A stretch of 64,000 nucleotides of DNA from an uncultured Bacteroidales bacterium (GTDB lineage: Bacteria; Bacteroidota; Bacteroidia; Bacteroidales; VadinHA17). Shown piece after piece: positions 31,295-40,112 of this stretch (its first letter is position 1; each line of letters starts with the position of its first letter). Where the stretch lies: contig CAWADB010000006.1 of NCBI GenBank assembly GCA_963780735.1, positions 827,282 through 891,281 on the forward strand. Direction: 5' to 3'. Under the pieces are notes generated by a model, which was not told the DNA's origin, made no database searches, and worked only from the letters and a program-made list of their open reading frames with translations. The position numbers were made by a program, and so were the translations under genes.

Positions 31295-33843
31295 TCACTT
31301 TTTTTCTCAACGGAGTTAAACGATTCTTCCTTGGCGATGAAGAAGAATCCCTTCTGGATCATCTGCGGATCGAAAACAGGATCACCTCACATAAAGACGG
31401 ATGCTCAGGACAGGGTGTATGCGGGGCATGCACTGTTGAGATCAACGGCAAGGCACGGATGGCATGCCGGACAAAGATGAAGAACCTTGAGGGCGCAGAG
31501 GTGGTTACTGCCGAAGGGCTGCCTGCAAAATTCAGGACAATAATCAGTCAGAAATTTGCCGAAAAGGGTGCCGTGCAATGCGGATTCTGCTCTCCGGGAA
31601 TGGTGATGAGGGCTAAAGCGCTCTATAACACAAATAAAAAACCTTCCCGTAAGGAAATTATTGCTGCCATCACCCCGAACCTCTGCCGGTGCACCGGTTA
31701 TGTCAAAATTGTGGATGCCATCGAAGCAGCCTTTTCTGAAATGCATGGCCATGAGCCGGGAAGGGCACCTGTCTCAGCGCTCATTGGTGAGCCTTACCCG
31801 AAATATATGGCTGCCGAGACTGCGCTTGGAAAGAGGGACTTTGTCGATGATATGTATTTTGAGGGAATGGTTTACGGAGCACTGAAGTTCAGTGATCATC
31901 CAAGGGCAAGAGTCATAAGCATTGACACCTCAGAGGCACTTCGGGCTGAAGGAGTCATCAGGATCTTTACTGCCCGCGATATTCCCGGAGCCCGCAAAAC
32001 GGGTCTGATTTTCAAGGACTGGCCGCTGATGATCGGCGAAGGAGAGATAATTCATTGTATCGGAGATGTTGTAGCCGGAGTAGTGGCGGAGACAGAAACT
32101 CTGGCGCGCAAAGCCGCTGAGCTTATCAGGGTAAGGTATCAGATCCTCGAACCCGTGACAGACATGCTTGAGGCAATAAAACCAGACAGTATCCGCGTCA
32201 ACGACGAAAGATCCAATGTGCTTGAGACAAGCAGCATCAGATCCGGCGATGTTGAAAAAGTGTTCAGCGAAGCCGCCTGGGTCGCCTCGGGGGTCTATGA
32301 AACACAGCGCATAGAACATGCTTTTCTTGAGACCGAGACAGCCATCGCTCTGCCCGAAAACGACGGCATCAGGTTATACAGCCAGGGACAGGGCGCTTAC
32401 GTCGACAGAACAGCTGTGGCGTCAATACTCCGGCTTCCTGAGGATAAGGTGAGGGTGGTTCAGGTAGAGAACGGCGGCGGCTTTGGCGGCAAGGAAGACA
32501 TCACCGTGCAGGGACATGCATCACTTTTTGCATTCCTGCTGAAAAAGCCGGTGAAAGTCCATCTGACCAGGGACGAATCAATTATAATGCACCCTAAACG
32601 CCATCCTGTGTGGATGGAGATCAGCCTGGCATGTGACAGCAAAGGCAAGTTTACGGCTCTGAAGCTTAACGCTGTGGGAGATACCGGCGCGTATGCCTCC
32701 GTGGGAACCAAGGTGATGGAACGTGTCGTCGGCCATGCCACAGGAGGTTATTCTGTGCCTGTCGTGGATATAAAAGCTGTCACCGTTTATACGAATAATA
32801 TCCCCTCAGGCGCAATGCGCGGTTTCGGAGTGCCTCAGGTCACATTTGCCGTTGAGGGCTGCGTTGACGAACTGTGCAGGATGGGTGGCTTCGACCGCTG
32901 GCAGATACGGTATGACAATGCCCTCGAGGACGGAAAAAGAACTGCAACGGGACAGTTATTGCGGGGAGTGGGACTGAAGAAGACCCTGCTTGCTGTTAAG
33001 GATGCCTTTAACGGTGCGAAGTACGCAGGCATAGCATGCGGACTTAAAAACACCGGTGTCGGCAACGGCATGACAGACGAAAGCCAGGTGTCAATACAAA
33101 TAATTTCAGACAAAAAAGTCATGGTGCACCACGGCTGGAGCGAGATGGGACAGGGAATACATACCATGGCTGTACAGATTCTGCACCAGGAAACCGGAAT
33201 AGATCCCGGAATAATAAAGGTCAGGGTTGACACCGGAGCAGGCCTGACTACAGGCATGACCACATCATCAAGGGCTACCGCATTGCTGGGCAATGCTATC
33301 ATCAACGCCTCGGTCCGTATCAGGGAAGACCTGAAGAACGGATCGCTGCAGCAGCTTGCAGGCCGGGTCTATAAAGGCAGATATGTTTGCGACTGGACCA
33401 GCAAACCCGGAGAAAAAACCGACGATCCGGTCGTTCATTTTGCATACGGCTACGCAACACAGGTTGCAATTCTTGATGATAACGGCGCCGTCACAAAGAT
33501 CATCGCGGCACATGACGCGGGGAAGATAATGAACAGAATGCTCTTTGAAGGACAGATAGAAGGTGCTGTGATAATGGGAATGGGATATGCCCTGACCGAA
33601 GACCTGCCCCTCGTTAAGGGCAGGCCGGAGAGCCTGAAATTCAACGACCTTGGTATCATGAGAGCGAATGAGACGCCTGAGATAGAGGTGATCGGCATAG
33701 AAGAGAAAGACCCGGTCGGACCGTACGGGGCAAAAGGCATCGGCGAGATAGGAATGGTCCCTACAGCAGCAGCGATAGCCAACGCACTGTGCGCTTATGA
33801 CGGCATAAGGAGGAAATCGCTTCCTCTCAGAAGGAAAAAATAA
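31291..33843 (+). CDS. Selenium-dependent xanthine dehydrogenase-type molybdenum hydroxylase (Fe-S and Moco domains fused)
   Basis: GCSGQGVCGAC; QCGFCSPG; NLCRCTGY; IEHAFLETE; GGGFGGKED; GAMRGFG; GLKNTGVGNG; GAKGIGEIG; 850 aa intact. Confidence 0.88.
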   Translation: MITFFLNGVKRFFLGDEEESLLDHLRIENRITSHKDGCSGQGVCGACTVEINGKARMACRTKMKNLEGAEVVTAEGLPAKFRTIISQKFAEKGAVQCGFCSPGMVMRAKALYNTNKKPSRKEIIAAITPNLCRCTGYVKIVDAIEAAFSEMHGHEPGRAPVSALIGEPYPKYMAAETALGKRDFVDDMYFEGMVYGALKFSDHPRARVISIDTSEALRAEGVIRIFTARDIPGARKTGLIFKDWPLMIGEGEIIHCIGDVVAGVVAETETLARKAAELIRVRYQILEPVTDMLEAIKPDSIRVNDERSNVLETSSIRSGDVEKVFSEAAWVASGVYETQRIEHAFLETETAIALPENDGIRLYSQGQGAYVDRTAVASILRLPEDKVRVVQVENGGGFGGKEDITVQGHASLFAFLLKKPVKVHLTRDESIIMHPKRHPVWMEISLACDSKGKFTALKLNAVGDTGAYASVGTKVMERVVGHATGGYSVPVVDIKAVTVYTNNIPSGAMRGFGVPQVTFAVEGCVDELCRMGGFDRWQIRYDNALEDGKRTATGQLLRGVGLKKTLLAVKDAFNGAKYAGIACGLKNTGVGNGMTDESQVSIQIISDKKVMVHHGWSEMGQGIHTMAVQILHQETGIDPGIIKVRVDTGAGLTTGMTTSSRATALLGNAIINASVRIREDLKNGSLQQLAGRVYKGRYVCDWTSKPGEKTDDPVVHFAYGYATQVAILDDNGAVTKIIAAHDAGKIMNRMLFEGQIEGAVIMGMGYALTEDLPLVKGRPESLKFNDLGIMRANETPEIEVIGIEEKDPVGPYGAKGIGEIGMVPTAAAIANALCAYDGIRRKSLPLRRKK

Positions 33844-33860
33844 AACAAAACCAATTCAGA

Positions 33861-35143
33861 ATGGATCTGCTTCTTAAAAACGCAACATACATCGACTGGA
33901 AGACACTTGAATTCAGTTTAAAGAATATACTTGTCCGGGAAAATGTCAGCAGCCTTCAGTTTATCGCTGACAGCGACATCGGAACGGTTGACCAGGGCGT
34001 TGAAACAATGGACTGCACAGGCCGGCTGGTAACAAAATCCTTTGCAGTGGGTCATCATCATGTTTACTCGGCCCTGTCGAGAGGGATGGCTGCACCAAAG
34101 GAGAACCCGCAAAACTTTCCTGAGATACTCAAATATGTCTGGTGGACTCTCGATAAATGCCTTGACCCGGCAATGATTGAGTCGAGTGCGCTGGTGACGG
34201 CGATGGCATGCCTTAAGGCAGGCTCTACCTTCGTCATAGACCATCATGCCTCTCCGTTTGCCGTTAAGGGTTCGCTGGAGATAATTGCAAAAGCCTTTGA
34301 AAAAGTCGGTGTGTCTCACCTTCTTTGTTACGAGATCTCCGACCGCGACGGGGTCCATGTTGCCAGGGAAGGCCTGTCCGAGACGGACCATTTCCTCAGC
34401 GATCACCAGGGCCTCGTGGGACTGCATGCATCATTCACGGTCGGTGAACGTACGCTGGGCAAAGCCGTGGATTTGATGAAGTAAACATAATACCGGAATT
34501 CATATCCATGTTGCCGAGGATGCCTACGATCAGGGGCAGAGCCTCAACAAACACGGCAGACGGGTGAGTTGAACGACTGGAAAAGGCCGGGGTGCTGAGC
34601 TCACCAAAGACACTGCTGGTTCATTGCCTCCATCTCGAGGAGAATGAAAGGGAACTTATCCGGAAATCACCCGCCTGGGTGGTTCAGAACTGTGAGAGCA
34701 ACCTCAACAACAATGTCGGTTATTTCAACGGCAAAGGTCTCGGTGAGAATATCATGCTCGGCACCGACGGCATGCACAGTGACATGCTCCGGAGTGCCAG
34801 GGCAGCTTTCTTTGTCGGACAGCGTCATGACAATATCACATATGAATCAGCCTACAGACGGTTCAGGAATGTGCACCGTTACTTAAGTGAAAACGGCTTC
34901 GATGGCGACGGTGATAACAACCTCGTCATTCTTGACTATGACTCCCCCACTCCTGTTTCGCGTGAGAATTTCTTCGGGCATTTTCTTTTTGGCATCACCT
35001 CAAATCATATCACCGATGTCATCTCCAACGGAAGGCTTGTGATGAAAGACAAAAAGATCACTACTGTCGATGAGAAAGAGATTCTCGGGGAATCAAGAGT
35101 GCAGGCCGAAAGACTGTGGAGCAAAATGCAGCAAAATTCCTGA
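33861..35143 (+). CDS. ssnA: SsnA-type amidohydrolase, frameshifted
   Basis: HHHVYSALSRG; WWTLD; DHHASP; GLHASFT; HIHVAED in the linking frame; LGTDG. Confidence 0.88.
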
Positions 35144-35147
35144 ACCG

Positions 35148-36551
35148 TTAATCAGTCTGGTTTTTTGAGAATTTTTTCCGCAGGAGAAAATAAACCGGTA
35201 TCCCCATAAGTATAAGTATCAGGCCTATGGCTGCTTCGCGCGGTCGCGTTATAATTGTATTGCAGAACAAACCGACACAGAACAGTACAAAAATGGCCGG
35301 TACAACCGGGTATCCCCAGACTTTGTAGGGCCGGTGTGCATCAGGCATCCTGCGGCGCAGAATGAATACTCCCATGGCTGTGGCTCCGTAGAAAATATAG
35401 ACGGCAAAGATGAGCATGTCCGTCAGCTGGTCGAAGGTGCCTGACAGAACCAGTACAGAAGCCCATATCCCCTGCCATAGCAATGAGTTACCGGGCACAT
35501 TGTGCCTGTTGAGTTTCCCGATACCTGAAAAGAAAAGGCGTTCGCGCGACATGGCATAATAGGGCCGGGCGCCGGTGATGACACTGGCATGGAGACACCC
35601 CATGGTGGTGACAAGTATGAGCAGTGATATGAACATTACACCTGATGTCCCCCAGAAACTCCTGACTGCCTCCACGGCAGCAATCTGGTTGCCTGCCTCA
35701 TGAACCTGCACCAGCTCCGGAATGGACATGAGTGAGAGGTATGTGACGTTTACCAGCAGGTAAACAGCGATTACCACAAACACTCCTATCGCAATGCCTT
35801 TGGGGATATTCTTGTTCGCATTCTTTATCTCGCCACCGATGAAACCGACGGAGACCCATCCCTGGTATGCCCAGAATGCGGCAAGCATTGCAGTATAAAA
35901 AGAAGAGATGGTTACAGTTCCGTTGGCCAGCTCTTTAACATTCATGAAATTCGCAGGTCTGGCGACATTGCTTGTCAGGCCAAAAACCACAATTGTCAGC
36001 AGGCCGGCGCCGACCAGGAGCAGGATAACCTTGCTGACCCATGCCCCGCCTTTCAGTCCTGTCATGTTGAGGAATGTCAGCAGCATGATAAGCAATATGG
36101 CTGTCAGTTTGATTCCGAAATCCTGAAAAGGAAAGAAAACGCCTCCTATGCTCAGATTCTGCAGAGAGGGAAGAACCTCGGGGATGGTGATGATGCTGTT
36201 CAGCGACTGTGTAAACACGTATGCCAGGGAGGAGATGGTGGCAGACTGTATGACCGTAAAGAGCGACCAGCCGTAAAGAAATGAAAAGAAGCGGTTGTAT
36301 ATTTTCTTAAGATAGACGAATTCGCCCCCGGTGTCGGCCAGCATGCCGGCTATTTCGGCATTGCTCAGTGCCCCGAAAAGAGTTATAATGCCGCCGACAA
36401 TCCATACAAGGAGTATCCAGATTGAGGAGTTCAGCTCATCAGCCATCGGGGCAATTTTCTTATATACACCCGAGCCGATGATATTGGCAATTACAAAGAT
36501 GACGACGTAACCTAACCCGAGTGTCCTGACAAGATTTCTTTGATTACTCAT
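35148..36551 (-). CDS. APC-superfamily amino acid permease (LAT-like)
   Basis: About 12 TM helices; IIGSGVY; GGEFVYL; WAYQGW; RPYKVWGYP. Confidence 0.92.
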   Translation of the reverse strand: MSNQRNLVRTLGLGYVVIFVIANIIGSGVYKKIAPMADELNSSIWILLVWIVGGIITLFGALSNAEIAGMLADTGGEFVYLKKIYNRFFSFLYGWSLFTVIQSATISSLAYVFTQSLNSIITIPEVLPSLQNLSIGGVFFPFQDFGIKLTAILLIMLLTFLNMTGLKGGAWVSKVILLLVGAGLLTIVVFGLTSNVARPANFMNVKELANGTVTISSFYTAMLAAFWAYQGWVSVGFIGGEIKNANKNIPKGIAIGVFVVIAVYLLVNVTYLSLMSIPELVQVHEAGNQIAAVEAVRSFWGTSGVMFISLLILVTTMGCLHASVITGARPYYAMSRERLFFSGIGKLNRHNVPGNSLLWQGIWASVLVLSGTFDQLTDMLIFAVYIFYGATAMGVFILRRRMPDAHRPYKVWGYPVVPAIFVLFCVGLFCNTIITRPREAAIGLILILMGIPVYFLLRKKFSKNQTD

Positions 36552-36710
36552 TGAGAGGCATTTATTAAATTGCAGAGGCTAAATTAAGAAATTCACAGAG
36601 ACATTGTGTGTCCGGTTTAATAGGGTTAATATAATCATCAACGGTCTTACTTATTGCAGGATTTGTAAGTCAGATATTTCAAATGAACCAGAATGGTTAA
36701 GTACAGTTCC

Positions 36711-37658
36711 ATGATTAAAATATATTCTGCGATTCTTATTATCCTTATTGTCTCAGGTTGCACAAAACCTGATAAGGAAGAAATTAAAGACCAGTATATT
36801 TCCGGTCTTGTGAACAAAATAAATTCGGATAGCCTGGTGTCCTATGTCACCTGGATGCAGAACATGTCTACCCGCTTTATGCTTGCTGACAACCACAGGC
36901 AGGTTGCTGTTGATATAAAAAATAAGTTTATCCGGCTTGGTTATCCTGACACCAAGCTGGATTCGTTCAATGTAACAGTCACTTTTAACGGACTGGAATA
37001 TACTACGACTCAATACAATGTCATTGCAACTTTAACCGGGAATACATACCCTGACAGTATATGCGTTCTTGGCGCCCATTATGACAACAGGATCAGTTCA
37101 GCTTCCGGTGATCCGTTTGTATTTGTACCGGGAGCAAACGATAATGCCACAGGTGTTGGCGCTACGCTTGAAATAGCCAGGGTAATGAAGCAAAAGTCTT
37201 TTATTCCATCCTCCACCATACAATTTGTCGCTTTCGGAGCTGAGGAGTTTGGATTATTCGGAAGCTTCGATTTTTCACAGAAAGCAAGTTCCAGAGGAGA
37301 AAATATAAGTATGATGCTTAATAATGATATGATAGGTATCCCCTCTTCCTCTGATCCCGGGATGTGGTACGTGAACATCATTGATTATGACAATTCACAT
37401 TATCTGAGATCCGAAGCCCAGAGATTATGCGAAAGGTACTCTTCAGTAGGATATGTCAATGATAATACCAGTGCTAAAAGAAGCGACAGTTACCCATTCT
37501 ATCTTTACGGATTCAAGTCCCTCTTCTTCATTCAAAACACACCTGGCATTACATATCATACGGAAAGTGATCTCGTCACTACTATTAATTTTCAATATTA
37601 CAGGGAGATAGCAAAGATTTCCTGTGCATTGTTAGTCGACAGGAATTATGTTGAATAA
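36711..37658 (+). CDS. M28 family aminopeptidase, lipoprotein
   Basis: Lipobox VSGC; GAHYD; GANDNATG; AEEFG; NNDMIG; RSD; YHT. Confidence 0.9.
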   Translation: MIKIYSAILIILIVSGCTKPDKEEIKDQYISGLVNKINSDSLVSYVTWMQNMSTRFMLADNHRQVAVDIKNKFIRLGYPDTKLDSFNVTVTFNGLEYTTTQYNVIATLTGNTYPDSICVLGAHYDNRISSASGDPFVFVPGANDNATGVGATLEIARVMKQKSFIPSSTIQFVAFGAEEFGLFGSFDFSQKASSRGENISMMLNNDMIGIPSSSDPGMWYVNIIDYDNSHYLRSEAQRLCERYSSVGYVNDNTSAKRSDSYPFYLYGFKSLFFIQNTPGITYHTESDLVTTINFQYYREIAKISCALLVDRNYVE

Positions 37659-37777
37659 GCTTCAATTAGTGTTGTGATCCGGGCTCGGTTTCCTGCCTTT
37701 CATTACTGAAAATAACGGTCTTAAGGCTGTTTTTTGTTTGTACATTGCCTTTTAAGTTCATACCTTGAATAAATTCT

Positions 37778-38146
37778 TTGAGGTCAGATTACTTGAAAAG
37801 GAAAAGTACATTTAGTCTGCTTTTTATGGCAGTGGCCATATTGATAACTGCAGTCATCGCATGCAAGAAACAGCCTGTATGTGAACGTGATAACACCGGG
37901 TTTGCAAAAATCTTCAATAATACAGGCGTAACAATCAAAGTGAAAATTTATTCTGCAGTTTATCCCGGAAATGGTTTCCTGGGAGAACGTTCCATTGATA
38001 TCGGGCAAACGACAACCTATGACAATGTTCCATCAGGACCTATTGAAATATGGGAAGACGATGAAAGTTCACCCTGGGGATACTGGGATACTACACAGGT
38101 AGTTTGCGACACGCTTAAGTTTAATGTATATCCCTACAGGAAATAG
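37778..38146 (+). CDS. Hypothetical lipoprotein
   Basis: Lipobox VIAC-KK; beta-rich; start uncertain. Confidence 0.6.
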   Translation: MRSDYLKRKSTFSLLFMAVAILITAVIACKKQPVCERDNTGFAKIFNNTGVTIKVKIYSAVYPGNGFLGERSIDIGQTTTYDNVPSGPIEIWEDDESSPWGYWDTTQVVCDTLKFNVYPYRK

Positions 38147-38284
38147 GAACTGGTTGTTTTTGCAACTATTGTGCCCCCGGGAAAATCCCGAATTGGAATA
38201 AAATTGACATTGTCTGTTTATCGGTTTAACTTTAACTTGTTATTGGCTTCTGATTTGTTATTCACTTACTAAAGCCCTATTACC

Positions 38285-38794
38285 ATGAAAGACAAAGTGA
38301 AGACATTACGCAATATTCTGTTGATATTGGCTCTCTTACTGACCTCTGGCAGGCAAATGTCCGGACAGGAGAAAGTAAATATATCTGCCGGGGCGGGATT
38401 TTTGGAAACGTTAAATGTTGGTATCCGGTATCAGCTTAATCAGTCGCAATTGGGATTAAGTATCGGGACCTGGCCGTCTGATCCCGGTTCGTGGTTTGAT
38501 TGGAATAGTCTTATTTCGATCTCCGGAGATTTCTATTATCACTTTGGTGGTTTCTCTGAATTTTCAGATCTGCGACCATGGTATGGACGTGTTGGATTGG
38601 ATTTTCTCAGAATAGGCTGGGATGATGACATTGAAAATAATCTGGAACCTCACTTTCGGATCGGCAGGGATTTTTATTTTAACAGAGCACTCGGTTTTAG
38701 TCTTGACGCAGGAGTGGGATTTTTCATAATAAATGAAACGGAATTTGGACCGGTCGGGCCGGCATTTGGTGGCAGCTTCTTTTATCGCTTTTAA
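38285..38794 (+). CDS. Small outer-membrane beta-barrel hypothetical protein
   Basis: Signal peptide; amphipathic strands; C-terminal FYRF. Confidence 0.65.
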   Translation: MKDKVKTLRNILLILALLLTSGRQMSGQEKVNISAGAGFLETLNVGIRYQLNQSQLGLSIGTWPSDPGSWFDWNSLISISGDFYYHFGGFSEFSDLRPWYGRVGLDFLRIGWDDDIENNLEPHFRIGRDFYFNRALGFSLDAGVGFFIINETEFGPVGPAFGGSFFYRF

Positions 38795-38842
38795 CAATAA
38801 TATTCAATATTGCAGAGCTTCAGGCCGACACACAATGAAACC

Positions 38843-38873
38843 AGCCTCCGGACGTAAGCTCCGGGGGCTTTTT
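38843..38873 (+). terminator. Intrinsic terminator
   Basis: AGCCTCCGGA-CGTAAGC-TCCGGGGGCT-TTTT. Confidence 0.7.
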
Positions 38874-39011
38874 CATATTCGCCTGACTTCAGCTTAATCC
38901 AGCGGGTGACTCTTGTATTGAAAGATGATTATCAGAAAATATTAATCCTGAAACCCTAAATTACAAATGGTATAATTATTGTGGAATTATACCTGCCAGA
39001 CCGTGTTCCCT

Positions 39012-39410
39012 ATGAAAATACTTATACCGTTTCTTCTGATCTTCACTTCTTTTTTACCTTCATGCGAAAAAGACAATATTGAAATTGATCCCGGCAACCT
39101 GTTAATAGGTGTCTGGATCAATGATGGTTACAGTGATGATCTTACCATCTATAAAAGGAGTGATGAGTTCACCGATAATTACTGTTACCAGTTTAATTCC
39201 GACGGCACTCTTACTGAAAGGCAGAACGTGGGGTGGTGCGGTACACCTCCAATAACTTATGCCGATTACGAAGGAACCTGGGAGATAATGAATGACACAC
39301 TGATCAATATCACTGTCGGGTCATGGAACGGTGACAGATCCTACAGGCTTGATATTGAATCAGTTGATTCCGAGGCATTAAAAGTCATCATCTTACCCTC
39401 CAGCGAATAG
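39012..39410 (+). CDS. Lipocalin-like lipoprotein
   Basis: Lipobox LPSC-EKD; LIGVW; F-x-x-DGT; GWCGTPP; GTW. Confidence 0.7.
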   Translation: MKILIPFLLIFTSFLPSCEKDNIEIDPGNLLIGVWINDGYSDDLTIYKRSDEFTDNYCYQFNSDGTLTERQNVGWCGTPPITYADYEGTWEIMNDTLINITVGSWNGDRSYRLDIESVDSEALKVIILPSSE

Positions 39411-39701
39411 GGTTCTTCCGCATTTCCTGATCCTATACCTGACTAATCCATCCCCGGGAACTGCGCTGTTCCCTCGGCAAGTCCATTATAACTTACCCGG
39501 GACTATTGACCGGGAAATAAAGTGATTTTGGCACACAGAGAACAATCTTTGGGACGCAGAGAAAAGTTTGTTATCAAACTTAGACCGAACTTTATTCCGT
39601 GAAATCAAGTGTAACAAAAAACTTGACATCGGCTTATAATTATCGTAATTTACCTTGTTATATCGTTAATAATTAACCTATTATAAATTAATAAACTTAA
39701 T

Positions 39702-40070
39702 ATGATAGTAACAATCTACCTAAGAGCAATCGTGAAAGGTAAGGTGAAAAGCCTTGCCCTGTTCGATTCTAACCGTCAAGGAGATATCAATGACCTTACT
39801 ACAAATGCGAAAGTGGGGGATACTATTATCTGGAAACTGGACTGCTGCAGCGGGATAAAGAGTATAACCAGAATATACTCTAAAGAGGACAAACATCCTG
39901 TATTTTTGAGCGCTCCGAGGAAACGACTGTTATGCGCAGGATTTAAACTTCCCATAGAAAAAGGAGCAGATGGAATAGAAAAATATACCGTTGAATGCAT
40001 CCTTAGTGATAATAAAGAACTGATTACAGATCCTTACATAAGGGTCCCGCCTCCACCGCCATTGGACTGA
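39702..40070 (+). CDS. Small beta-rich hypothetical protein with C-terminal DP motif and proline tail
   Basis: 122 aa; GDTIIW; ends ITDPYIRVPPPPPLD; no signal peptide. Confidence 0.7.
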   Translation: MIVTIYLRAIVKGKVKSLALFDSNRQGDINDLTTNAKVGDTIIWKLDCCSGIKSITRIYSKEDKHPVFLSAPRKRLLCAGFKLPIEKGADGIEKYTVECILSDNKELITDPYIRVPPPPPLD

Positions 40071-40112
40071 TAATAGATTCTTACAAAAGGATACCTTTCA
40101 ACGGATAGTACC

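Noticed and set aside
17648-35143. Selenocysteine (UGA) read-through in the Se-linked cluster
   Set aside because: The TGA stops I checked (17921, 18153, 27125) arise after indels and the protein continues in another frame; Se-dependent XDHs use a labile Se cofactor rather than Sec.
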